Below are positions 9,328 to 17,879 of a DNA stretch of 64,000 bases, piece by piece; position 1 is the first letter of the stretch, and every line of letters begins with the position of its first letter. Source of the DNA: Acidimicrobiales bacterium (GTDB taxonomy: Bacteria; Actinomycetota; Acidimicrobiia; Acidimicrobiales; CATQHL01); the NCBI GenBank assembly GCA_965237375.1, contig CBDEFI010000006.1, positions 418,407-482,406 of the forward strand, in the 5' to 3' direction. Both the position numbers and the translations under genes were made by a program. Under the pieces are notes generated by a model. It made no database searches. It was not told the origin of the DNA and worked only from the letters and a program-made list of their open reading frames with translations.

Positions 9328-9920
9328 CTGATGCTCCTTCGCATATCAGCGAGAAGACCACCAAACTAGGTTAATTATTCAACACCATCTCCGCGGTGAA
9401 CTCAGACGCAGCACACAACTGGCGGACGTGACCCCACGTGAACGAACGCAGGAACGTCCCCAACGTCGACGGCGCCATCACCGTGAACCCCAACACCCGC
9501 CGCGTCGCGCCGGCGCGCAACCGATTCGCGTGATCGATGTGCGTCGCGCCCACCAGCATCGCCGCCACCAACGTCACCACCTTGCGACCCGGACCCGCCC
9601 CACCCGGGCGCCCCGACAGGCACACCACACGGTCAACGATCGCCGCCACACCCAACCGGCTCAGCAGCGTGCCCGCCACCAACAAGCCCGCATCGGCCAC
9701 CAACGACTCGTCGTCGAAAACCACCCCGAACCGATCAATCTTGCGCGATACTTCACTCACAGGAAGTGCCTCCCGAACTCGGGCCGTAGCCGCTGTTGCT
9801 AACGGCTATTCTCCCAGGTCAGCGAGGCACTTCCGCGCACCCCTAGCCCCCACAGACCAGACCCCACCGGTGGATCCAGGCTTAGTTCCTGCTATGGGGC
9901 TATCAGTCTCTGATCGGCTC

Positions 9921-12191
9921 TCATGACCGTGGTTGCCAGCGGCCACAGTCGTCGCTGGAGAACCAGGCGTCAGTAGGCAGGATCTCGACGACGACCCGGT
10001 CGCCGCCCTCATGGAGGCCACTGGCGATGGTGTCGTCGAAATCGCCGCTGGCACCCGAGAGCCGTTCCCAAAGACAGAGATCACCGTCGGGCACAACAGT
10101 TTGGTAGACGCCCGGCGCCACCTCAGCGCCGACCTCCCACACCCCCGAACCGAAACCATCCTCCGCTAGCTCCGCCGAAGCCGCGTGCGGTTGCCAGCGG
10201 CCGCAGTCGTCGCTGGAGAACCAGGCGTCAGTAGGCAGGATCTCGACGACGACCCGGTCGCCGCCCTCATGGAGGCCACTGGCGATGGTGTCGTCGAAAT
10301 CGCCGCTGGCACCCGAGAGCCGTTCCCAAAGACAGAGATCACCGTCGGGCACAACAGTTTGGTAGACGCCCGGCGCCACCTCAGCGCCGACCTCCCACAC
10401 CCCCGAACCGAAACCATCCTCCGCAGGCTCCTCTGGAGTCGTTGGCTCAGCAGTTTCCTCCGGAGCAACCGTGGTCGACGGACCATCATCCTCCGCAGCC
10501 TCCGCCGAGGCCGTGTGCGGTTGCCAGCGGCCGCAGTCGTCGCTGGAGAACCAGGCGTCAGTAGGCAGGATCTCGACGATGACCCGGTCGCCGCCCTCAT
10601 GGAGGCCACTGGCGATGGTGTCGTCGAAATCGCCGCTGGCACCCGAGAGCCGTTCCCAAAGACAGAGATCGCCGTCGGGCACAACAGTTTGGTAGACGCC
10701 CGGCGCCACCTCAGCGCCGACCTCCCACACCCCCGAACCGAAACCATCCTCCGCAATTCCTGCCTGTCGCGCTGGCGACAGTGACCGGCCGAGGCTGGCG
10801 TCGAGTTCGATCACCGAGCGCACGGTGTACCAGCTACCGACGATGTGCATCACGGCGAACGTGGGCGAGACCAGGTTGCCGCTGGCGTTTAGTTCAAGTG
10901 AACTCGACGGGCCGTCGTAATCGATCTCCTCGCCTCGCTCGAGCGCTGCGACGCCGTCGGCGTACGTATACACCTTGGTGCCCGGAGCGTTGACGATGCT
11001 AGGAACCTGCGCGGCGACGGCTGCGCCGTCGGTGGTGCCGGCGGCGGTCATCGCCAACGCCAAGACGATGTACTGGTCGAACTGGTTGGTCTCATAGAAG
11101 CCCGTCGGAGGCGGCCTGTCGGTGAACTCCTGATGCGCCGCGGCGAACGCGGCATAGGCCGGGGAATCGAAGTCGTCGGTGAGCCAGGCGCCCAGAATGC
11201 GACCGGTCGGCAACTCTGCGGCCGTCTCAGCGATGTCGGGAACCTGCAGTTCCGGCGAGACCAGGATTGTGGCGTCGTAACCCGCGGCGATGTACTCCCG
11301 GATGATCGGGATACCCGCCCGGGGACCCGCACCGATGTACACAGCCTCCGGGTCGCCGCTCAACGCCTGGCGCACTTCAGCCTGGTAGCTGCCGCTGCCG
11401 GGAGCGAAGCGCACGTCGGCGATGATCTCGCCACCGACCTTGTTCTCCCAGACATCCCTGAACGCATTCGCCGGGATCTCAGTGGCCTCGGTCTGCTGCA
11501 CCAGCATGGCCACCCGCGAGAAGCCCACGTCGCGGGCTAACTGCGCGGACATGATGCCGTAGGTGGTGTCCGACGCGGTGATGCGCCAGATGAAGTTGCC
11601 GCCCTCGGTGTCCAGCACGGTCGTGCCACAGACCGGGCACATGGTCGGCATCTCGTCCTCTGCCACGGTGCTCAGCAGAGCCACGGCGCCGTCGGACTCG
11701 ACGCCTCCGAGAGCGTCGATCTCCTCGCGGATCCGGTTGTAACCCGTGACCGCGCCCTCGGCGGTGGACAGGTTGTCCTGCACCACGAGTTCCACGCCGC
11801 GACCCAAGATGCCGCCGGCCTCGTTGATCACACCAATAGCGGCCTGCGCGCCATCGAGACTTGGCGGACCCCACGCGGCGTAGTCACCAGAAAGCCCCGC
11901 AAGAAAGCCGAACTTCACCGGCCCCCCATCAGACGCACCCCCCTCCACACTCTCCGCCTGCGCTGAACCGGGCACCTCCTCCGCTACCTCCGGAACCGGT
12001 TCCGGAGCCGCGGAGCCCTCGACAGGGCCACCACTCGCCGCCTGCGTTGAACCGGGCGCCTCCTCCGCTTCCTCCGGAACCGGTTCCGGAGCCGCGGAGC
12101 CCTCGACAGGGCCACCACTTCCGCACGAGAACGCAAACAGCGTCAGTGCAGCAACGGCGATAGCCCAACAGTGTCGCTTGGCTGTCATCAT
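9921..12191 (-). CDS. Lipoprotein: ABC-transporter substrate-binding domain (LivK/Peripla_BP_6-like) fused to three C-terminal Cys-pair repeat domains
   Basis: Lipobox LFAFSCGSG. There are two 28-aa acidic/Pro linker repeats. The SBP core runs VKFGFLAGLSGDYAAWG...IGVINEAGGILGR...YIGAGPRAG. It is followed by 3x EDGFGSGVWEVGAEVAPGVYQTVVPDGDLCLWERLSGASGDFDDTIASGLHEGGDRV.VEILPTDAWFSSDDCGRWQP. Confidence 0.8.
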   Translation of the reverse strand: MMTAKRHCWAIAVAALTLFAFSCGSGGPVEGSAAPEPVPEEAEEAPGSTQAASGGPVEGSAAPEPVPEVAEEVPGSAQAESVEGGASDGGPVKFGFLAGLSGDYAAWGPPSLDGAQAAIGVINEAGGILGRGVELVVQDNLSTAEGAVTGYNRIREEIDALGGVESDGAVALLSTVAEDEMPTMCPVCGTTVLDTEGGNFIWRITASDTTYGIMSAQLARDVGFSRVAMLVQQTEATEIPANAFRDVWENKVGGEIIADVRFAPGSGSYQAEVRQALSGDPEAVYIGAGPRAGIPIIREYIAAGYDATILVSPELQVPDIAETAAELPTGRILGAWLTDDFDSPAYAAFAAAHQEFTDRPPPTGFYETNQFDQYIVLALAMTAAGTTDGAAVAAQVPSIVNAPGTKVYTYADGVAALERGEEIDYDGPSSSLELNASGNLVSPTFAVMHIVGSWYTVRSVIELDASLGRSLSPARQAGIAEDGFGSGVWEVGAEVAPGVYQTVVPDGDLCLWERLSGASGDFDDTIASGLHEGGDRVIVEILPTDAWFSSDDCGRWQPHTASAEAAEDDGPSTTVAPEETAEPTTPEEPAEDGFGSGVWEVGAEVAPGVYQTVVPDGDLCLWERLSGASGDFDDTIASGLHEGGDRVVVEILPTDAWFSSDDCGRWQPHAASAELAEDGFGSGVWEVGAEVAPGVYQTVVPDGDLCLWERLSGASGDFDDTIASGLHEGGDRVVVEILPTDAWFSSDDCGRWQPRS
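9925..10757 (-). repeat. Three near-identical tandem coding repeats (~240 bp units at ~9925-10166, 10185-10427, 10515-10757)
   Basis: The units are almost identical at DNA level; off-frame ORFs 9933-10169 and 10185-10784 give identical peptides. Linkers between units are 18 and ~87 bp. Confidence 0.9.
11950..12120 (-). repeat. 2 x 84-bp tandem coding repeat (GGPVEGSAAPEPVPE.AEE.PGS.QA)
   Basis: A direct nucleotide repeat is visible at ~11960-12040 and ~12044-12120. Confidence 0.8.
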
Positions 12192-12212
12192 TCAGTTGAA
12201 CCTTCCCGGGTG

Positions 12213-12400
12213 TCACGCAGGCTGTTTGGTTTGAGTCGTGGCCGGGTGACCTGAGTGCCGTTGACGGTAGTACCGATCTTCGGCTCCGGCCGACGGGACA
12301 GCGTAGCGACCAATGGAATCGCTCTCAGCATGAAGCGCCTCGGTTGCGCCGCATCTGGTTGGCGGCCCCGAGCTCGCCGCCTCATCCCGACTCCTGCTGT
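12213..12400. repeat. ~190-bp conserved segment, second copy at ~57715-57900
   Basis: ggtttgagtcgtggcc.ggtgacctgagtg.cgttgacggtagtaccgatcttcggc...ctgctgttcagacatcgccgagg is ~85-90% identical in the two loci. Both lie 3' of a truncated doc. Confidence 0.8.
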
Positions 12401-12597
12401 TCAGACATCGCCGAGGTTGCCAAGGCGGCTTTGGCTTCGATTGTGGGGCAGAACTCCTCATCACCGAATCCGCCCTGGGGTCGGGCGACCGCAGAATCGG
12501 CGAGGCCGAGGTCGGTCACCCGCAGGATCTCGTCTGCGTCGAGTTGGAGCACCTCGCAGGCGATGGCGAGGACATCGCCGAGTGCGAGGTAGATCAC
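12382..12597 (-). pseudogene. Doc/Fic-family toxin, N-terminal ~60 aa only
   Basis: VIYLALGDVLAIACEVLQLDADEILRVTDLGLADSAVARPQGGFGDEEFCPTIEAKAALA matches the Doc N-terminus. The catalytic H..DGNKR region is absent in all three frames downstream. Confidence 0.65.
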
Positions 12598-12598
12598 C

Positions 12599-12817
12599 TC
12601 AGGCGTCGGCGAGCATGTTCAGGAGTTGCTGGTGGCGCTGGAGGTTGCGCCGCAGCATCACCTGGAACTCCGGATCGCGGCGTCGCCGCTCGACGTGCTC
12701 GGCGAGCGCATCTCGAATGACGTCACTCACGGTGGATCCATCAACTTCCGCGATGGTCTGGACCTTCTCGGCCAGGCACGCGTCCATACGGAGTGTCATG
12801 TTCTTCGTGTCAGCCAT
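12599..12817 (-). CDS. Ribbon-helix-helix (CopG/Phd-like) antitoxin
   Basis: 72 aa: MTLRMDACLAEKVQTIAEVDGSTVSDVIRDALAEHVERRRRDPEF. It ends 1 nt before the doc remnant. Confidence 0.7.
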   Translation of the reverse strand: MADTKNMTLRMDACLAEKVQTIAEVDGSTVSDVIRDALAEHVERRRRDPEFQVMLRRNLQRHQQLLNMLADA

Positions 12818-12929
12818 CAGGTCCTCCTTCGGCGCCGCGCTATTGGCGATGACAGCAGCGCGCTATTTAGATACCAAGATAACTCGGTATCGCACCGTAA
12901 GCCCCTGACTTGATCTGTGCCATACTAGT

Positions 12930-13205
12930 TGGACTCGGCTCTTGGGCGTCCGCCCGCGCCCTTCCAGCAGCACACTCACGCAGAGAGCACGTCACGGGGG
13001 CATCCTTGCCCTCTCGATCGTTCCCCGCCGGCAAGACAGCAACGACCACCGCCCGTCCGGGCGCCGCATCGACCCCGGAGAACTCCCGGTCATACCCACC
13101 GAGTCGCGTGAGAAGAAGTGTGGGAGATCGTCCAGAGAGAGCTCTCCAAATACACTCTGACCAGGCTGTTCCCGAGATCGTATGATTCCCCCAGCTCCGC
13201 TCTGG
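12930..13205 (+). promoter_or_regulatory. Island-end module: ~230-bp conserved arm + paired GTG(A/G)GA(A/G) boxes + degenerate ssrA-3'-end core
   Basis: Homologous to 63255-63480 (gttggactcggct...ggcaagacagcaacgaccaccgcc...). Boxes lie at 13108-13114 and 13119-13125. The core gattcccccagctccgctctgg (13184-13205) compares with the ssrA end gattccccccagctccactttgg. Confidence 0.55.
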
Positions 13206-13417
13206 CCCGTTCTTTCACGCGGCCTTTGAGTTCTCACGAGACCGCCATAAGGCCGTGAGCCCTGTGCGCGACCGAGTGCTAGGTCGGTTGAGCCGATATT
13301 CCGCCCATGGCCGGTGTTGGCGAATGGTCCGTTTCGGTTCGTTCCAGCGGTCGTGTCGTGCGTGCCTGGTACGTTGGCGATGTTCGTGACGTATTTTCTC
13401 GTCAGGGGAGGGATTCG

Positions 13418-15142
13418 GTGAGGCACCGCTGTTGCCTGATACCCCTTCTGATCGTGCTAGCGGTGCTGGCTGTGGGTTGCGCCGCGCGAGAGCCCCAAAC
13501 CGGGCCGGCTGCTGAGGTTGCATCCGAGTCTGCGCCGGAGACGACGGACGCAGCGACGTCCTCACCTCCGGCCGATTGCGATTTCTCTGACCACGCCGAG
13601 GGTGTGCTGGACTCGGTGTTTCAGGTCGTGACGGATGACGGCATCGGTACTGCGTTCTATCTGGGCGACCGGGAGTGGCTCACTGCTGCTCATGTGGTTG
13701 GCACCGCCAGCAGCATCGCCCTCTCCAACGGCCCGAGCGACGTGTCAGCGTCCGTGAAGGGCATCGACTACAACGCGGACTTGGCGCTGCTGGAGGGTGT
13801 ACCCGCCGGAGGGAAGGCGGTGCAACCGCTCCGCATAGAAGAGGCTACGCCGCAACCCGGCGATGCAGCGATTGTGGTCGGGTATCCGCTCTATCAGGAA
13901 GACTCTGCGTCCGTCAGCCGTGGCGTGGTCTCACGGCTGGAAGATGATGATTTTGGAGAACTCATCGTGTCGGACGCCTCCGTCAATCCCGGCAACAGCG
14001 GTGGCCCCATGCTGAACGAATGCGGCAACGTAATCGGGGTCGTCTTTCAGAAGTACGTTGGATTTGATGTAGAAGGCATCGGGTATGCGATATCAGCCAA
14101 TGACGTAACGTCGGTTCTGCCCCGACTGCGAGATGGATTCAAGGGCACGCCTGGACCAACGACGACGCTCGGTGACTCTTCAACGCCGAGCGGCACAACA
14201 CTGCCTCCGGCCCCAGCAATCTGGACGGTTACTGAGACGGAGCCGGACTTACTGACCGGCGAGACCTTCCCCATTGCATTCATCACTGCATCAGACTACG
14301 AGCGGGACTTCGACCTATATGACCCACCTGTGTTGGGTATTTCCTGCGATGGGACATGGGGACTTTGGTGGGGTGGTGGTTATGTGGCTGCTCCCTATGG
14401 GGGCGGGATTCCGGCAGCGTACCGGGTAGGTGATGGTCAGGTGTTCGCTCTTGAATGGAACGAGTACTCTGACAACGAGTCCATGTCGCTCTCGGGTGCG
14501 GATGCTGAGCAACTGGGAGAGAGTGTATTGCAAGCCTCGCCCACAGAGGAAATCATCATTAGAGCCTGGAACTATGATGACTCTGAGATTGGTACTGCCG
14601 TGTTCAGCCTGGATGGCCTTTCGGAGGCGGTTCTTAAAATGAAGAGACGATGTGTGCCCTTGTTCGCCCAAACGGTAACGGATGAGGTCATTTCAGGATC
14701 GTTCGCTTCGGGTCAGTGGGTCCGGTGGGTTTCAGAACCTGTGAACGGTATGTTCATTCCCGGCACCCGAGGCATGGCCATGGCAGTCGTTTGTGTGGGT
14801 GAGAGTGACAACGGCGTGCTATTCATGCACTCGATTCCATTGGCGACACAGGAGGAATACCAGTTGTGGTACTGGTTGGGTAGCTCATTTGACAAGGGGA
14901 ACCAAACTCTGGCTCAAGTCGACCGTGACGACAATCTGTTGTTTATGCAATGGTACGACGAGAACAGCTTTATTCGAGCACTAGACGCGGACACGACAGG
15001 AACGCTTCAGGTAGAAGTCAAGAATCTAGACGGTTCCGAGACAGTGGGAGGGGCGGCCGAGTTTGATATAAGCAGGTGGCCGGAGGCGAAAGCAGCCTTG
15101 CAGGCCGAATGCTTAACCCGCTGGCACCGTAAGGATCTCTAG
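13418..15142 (+). CDS. Secreted/lipoprotein trypsin-like (S1C/Trypsin_2) serine protease with a large uncharacterised C-terminal region
   Basis: GTG at 13418 follows GGGGAGGG. Signal/lipobox LAVLAVGCA. Catalytic-triad context: WLTAAHVV, DLALLEG, NPGNSGGPMLN. The C-terminal ~330 aa has lower GC and no family I recognise. Confidence 0.75.
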   Translation: MRHRCCLIPLLIVLAVLAVGCAAREPQTGPAAEVASESAPETTDAATSSPPADCDFSDHAEGVLDSVFQVVTDDGIGTAFYLGDREWLTAAHVVGTASSIALSNGPSDVSASVKGIDYNADLALLEGVPAGGKAVQPLRIEEATPQPGDAAIVVGYPLYQEDSASVSRGVVSRLEDDDFGELIVSDASVNPGNSGGPMLNECGNVIGVVFQKYVGFDVEGIGYAISANDVTSVLPRLRDGFKGTPGPTTTLGDSSTPSGTTLPPAPAIWTVTETEPDLLTGETFPIAFITASDYERDFDLYDPPVLGISCDGTWGLWWGGGYVAAPYGGGIPAAYRVGDGQVFALEWNEYSDNESMSLSGADAEQLGESVLQASPTEEIIIRAWNYDDSEIGTAVFSLDGLSEAVLKMKRRCVPLFAQTVTDEVISGSFASGQWVRWVSEPVNGMFIPGTRGMAMAVVCVGESDNGVLFMHSIPLATQEEYQLWYWLGSSFDKGNQTLAQVDRDDNLLFMQWYDENSFIRALDADTTGTLQVEVKNLDGSETVGGAAEFDISRWPEAKAALQAECLTRWHRKDL

Positions 15143-15303
15143 GATCGCGTCGGGGATCTAGCCCAAACCACCTTCCCCCGGTTGCGGCAGATGACGGTGG
15201 CTAACGTGCACTGAAACCACGGGCTTGCTAGCTGTTTCGTTGTGAGCGTCCACAGCGTTACAGGGAGCACTGGCTAGAATTGTAGGCGGATTCCGTTACC
15301 CGC

Positions 15304-16995
15304 CTAGCTATCTCTGGGAAATCTGGCGCTGGTAGTGCCTTCAGTTGTTGAGAGGCTGCTTGCTTCATTGTCGTGATTGACGGCGGTGACCGCGACAGTG
15401 TATGTGGTGCCGAATCGGAGGTTCGGGCTGGTATGTGATGTGCCGGTCGTCCTGTAGAGCCTGCTCTGCCATGGCGGAATATCGCCAATGGCGGGGCGGG
15501 AATACCGCACTAGGTAGTGATCGATCGTCGCACTCCCCGAATCCGACGGCGGCGACCAAGTGACCACAATCTGCCTCACACCGTGCGCCGCCGCGCTCAC
15601 ATTCCGCGGTGACGATGGCAACTCGGCAGGTGGTGTTGTCACGGAGCTAGTGGCCTCGGGACCTGAACCGAATGCGTTCTCAGCGACCACCCGCATCGTA
15701 TAAGTGGTATCAGTACGCGGATTCCTTACCGCAAACCCGCGATCGCTCGCCGACAGAAAGTAAGGACCGAATATCCGCCCGGGTCGTGAGATCGTCAGTG
15801 TATAGCCGGTAGTCGGCGATCCGCCGTCGCCCAAAGGCGGTGACCAAGAGGCAATAACTCGATCTCCATCCGTCGACCTGTCGAACTCAAAACGGGCGTT
15901 CAATGGATTATCGGCGTCGACCGACTCGCCAATCGTGAGCGGCAGTGCTTCATCGGTCGAATCATCAGGGGTGCCGGTCGTCGTGCAGCTGTTCGGCGCG
16001 ACCGCCAGATTGACCTCGTTGTTCCTGATCCGCAGACTGCTGGAGGCGATCTGGCAGGTAGCGCCGGCGTCGTTCACGAACGTGGCGGACAAGTCATATT
16101 CGCAGATGTCATTGACCACCAGGGGGATCTCGACGGGTTCGTCCACGACGGTCCACGACATCGAGCCGCTCGCCCCGCTGGTGCTGATGCCCGGGTCGCA
16201 ACCATGCCGCGTCTGCCAAGACACCGTATAGACACCAGCAACCGTGTCGGTCCTGATAATGATGACCTGCCTGGTGCCGGTAGGGGTGCCGGTCCCCGTG
16301 GGGGTGCCAGTAGGAGTGCAGCTGTTCGGCTCGACCACCAGATCGACCTCGTTGTTGCTGATCCGCAGACTGCTGGGGGAGATCCGGCAAGCGGCGCCGG
16401 CAGCGTTCTCAAACGTGGCGGACAAGTCGTATTCGCAGGTGTCATTGACCACCAGGGGGATCTCGACGGGTTGGCCCACGACGATCCGCCACATTGAGCC
16501 GCTCGCCCCGCTGGTGCTGATGCCCGGGTCGCAACCATGCCGCGTCCGCCAAGACACCCAGTAGGAACCAGCAACCGTGTCGGTCCTGATCGTGATGACC
16601 TGACTGGTGCCAGTAGGAGTGCAGCTGTTCGGCTCGACCACCAGATTGACCTTGTCGTTGCTGATCCGCAGACTGCTGGGGGAGATCCGGCAAGCCGCGC
16701 CGGCGGCGTTCAGGAACGTGGCGGACAAGTCGTATTCGCAGATGTCATTGACCACCAGCGGGATCTCGACGGGTTCGTCCACGACGGTCCACGACATCGA
16801 GCCGCTCGCCCCGCTGGTGCTGATGCCCGGGTCGCAACCATGCCGCGTCTGCCAAGACACCGTATAGACACCAGCGACCGTGTCGCTCCTGACAATGATG
16901 ACCTTCAGATCGGCGGCGGCTGGACTCGAGGCCAGCACCACGGCCGCACCAAGCAGACCGGCGACAGACACGACGCCGAAGACGAACTTTCTCAT
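15304..16995 (-). CDS. Secreted protein: three tandem ~110-aa Cys-containing repeats + two fibronectin type III-like domains
   Basis: Signal peptide MRKFVFGVVSVAGLLGAAVVLASSPAAA. It has 3x (TVAG.Y.VSW.TRHGCDPGISTSGASGSM...VEIPLVVND.CEYDLSATF.NAAGA.C.I..SSLRI.N..V.L.V.PNSCT). FN3-like motifs are GGSPTTGYTLT and SGSATIDHYLVRY...YTVAVTAVN. Confidence 0.75.
   Translation of the reverse strand: MRKFVFGVVSVAGLLGAAVVLASSPAAADLKVIIVRSDTVAGVYTVSWQTRHGCDPGISTSGASGSMSWTVVDEPVEIPLVVNDICEYDLSATFLNAAGAACRISPSSLRISNDKVNLVVEPNSCTPTGTSQVITIRTDTVAGSYWVSWRTRHGCDPGISTSGASGSMWRIVVGQPVEIPLVVNDTCEYDLSATFENAAGAACRISPSSLRISNNEVDLVVEPNSCTPTGTPTGTGTPTGTRQVIIIRTDTVAGVYTVSWQTRHGCDPGISTSGASGSMSWTVVDEPVEIPLVVNDICEYDLSATFVNDAGATCQIASSSLRIRNNEVNLAVAPNSCTTTGTPDDSTDEALPLTIGESVDADNPLNARFEFDRSTDGDRVIASWSPPLGDGGSPTTGYTLTISRPGRIFGPYFLSASDRGFAVRNPRTDTTYTMRVVAENAFGSGPEATSSVTTPPAELPSSPRNVSAAAHGVRQIVVTWSPPSDSGSATIDHYLVRYSRPAIGDIPPWQSRLYRTTGTSHTSPNLRFGTTYTVAVTAVNHDNEASSLSTTEGTTSARFPRDS
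15890..16905 (-). repeat. Three tandem ~330-bp coding repeats inside 15304-16995
   Basis: Nucleotide-level similarity produces repeated off-frame ORFs, for example 16109-16390 versus 16442-16693. Confidence 0.8.
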
Positions 16996-17172
16996 CCCGC
17001 TTCATGTCCCCCTCGATCGTCGGCCCCCACCACCACTCCGGAGCAGTTGCTGGGATCGTAGTCAACCTGGCTCGGGTCAAGGCTCTTACCGTCCGGGAGT
17101 CTGAAGGAGGCGATCTACCCCAGAGTTCTCGCGGCCGGGTGAGTGAACCTCCCCGGGACGTTTCTATAGATG

Positions 17173-17879
17173 TCAAGTGCGGGTTGTGAGGGTGGCGAGG
17201 TCGGCTCGGAGGGTGCGGTAGAGCTCGCGGGGCGACGAAGCGTTTGAGGCAGCGGATGACTTCTTTCTTGGTCTTGCCTTCGGCGAGGCGGCGGTCCATG
17301 TAGCCGCGAGTTCGTTCGCAGTAGCGCAATCGGACGAGGACGATCATGTGCAGGGCTCGGTTGGCTGCGCGGTTGCCTGGGTAGTTGAGCCGGTGACGGC
17401 TGGTGCGCCCGCTCGACGCGGGGACCGGCGCGGTTGCGCACAGGTGAGCGAAGGACGCCTCGGAGCCGAGCCGGTCGATGTTCTCGCCCGCGGCGACGAG
17501 CAGGGTCGCGGTGTGGTGAGTGCCGCATCCGAGACGGGACACCGTCGAGGGCGCCGCGGCGGCGACCAGCCGGTCGAGCCGGCGCTCCAGATCGGCGGCC
17601 TCGGAGCCGAGCCGGGCGATGCGACGCCCCAGACTGCGCAACGCCGTCTTGGCGGCCTGGGCGGGATCGGCGAGGCGGTCGGTGTCGGGGCGCAGTCGGG
17701 CGCACACGGCAGCCTTGGCCTCGAGGGTCCGACGGCCGTCGAGCTGGTGGCGCAACGCGGCAGGGGCCGTGACGAGCAGGTCGCCGAGCTGGCACAACGC
17801 GGCGGCGCGGGCCTTGATAGCGCTGTTTCGGGCGACGCTGAGCTGGCGGATCGCCTCGACGATTCCGGTGGTGTCCTTA
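17173..17879 (-). pseudogene. IS110-family transposase, C-terminal half (truncated by IS1380 copy B, plus a frameshift)
   Basis: ...AIRQLSVARNSAIKARAAALCQLGDLLV...LGCGTHHTATLLVAAGENIDRLGSEASFAHLCATAPVPASSGRTSRHRLNYPGNRAANRALHMIV...KTKKEVIRCLKRFVA. An extra C near 17232 breaks ...RELYRTLRADL...*. The DEDD N-domain is missing. Confidence 0.8.

Larger units (their letters stand above)
7899..9415 (-). mobile_element. IS3-family element, type 2 (1517 bp), nested in IS1380 copy A
   Basis: IRs are TGAGGTGTGTCTGAGTCTTCCGCGGAGAT / TGTGCTGCGTCTGAGTTCACCGCGGAGAT. A 4-bp target duplication CAAC lies at 7895-7898 and 9416-9419. The empty site is visible in copy B (ttgtcCAACtggcgg). Confidence 0.9.
6930..9760 (-). 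pseudogene. IS1380-family transposase, disrupted (nested IS + frameshift)
   Basis: N-terminal part at 9760-9418 (MSEVSRKIDRFGVVFDDESLVADAGLL...), middle part at 7897-7598, C-terminal part at 7739-6930 (ELTVRADAGFWSYD...HATVELAIRDLK...). There is a frameshift after ...HARLRKGSA, and copy B carries the same one. Confidence 0.8.
6930..9882 (-). mobile_element. IS1380-family element, copy A, interrupted by a nested IS3 (type 2) and abutted by IS3 type 1
   Basis: Sequence identity with copy B (17880-19310) stops at 9882/17880. The 5' end begins CCTGGATCCACCGG, which resembles ISEcp1-type IRs. The body is split at 7898/9416 by the nested IS. Confidence 0.75.

Noticed and set aside
12213-12464. Possibility that the missing C-terminal half of Doc is encoded downstream in another frame
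   Set aside because: I translated all three minus-strand frames. None contains the H..DGNKR Fic motif or Doc-like helices, and the same truncated state is present in the second copy.
9925-16905. Tandem repeats checked as possible CRISPR arrays
   Set aside because: Units of ~240 bp and ~330 bp are far too long and are contiguous without unique spacers. They lie in frame inside two long secreted-protein genes. No short repeat-spacer periodicity or cas genes occur anywhere in the window.
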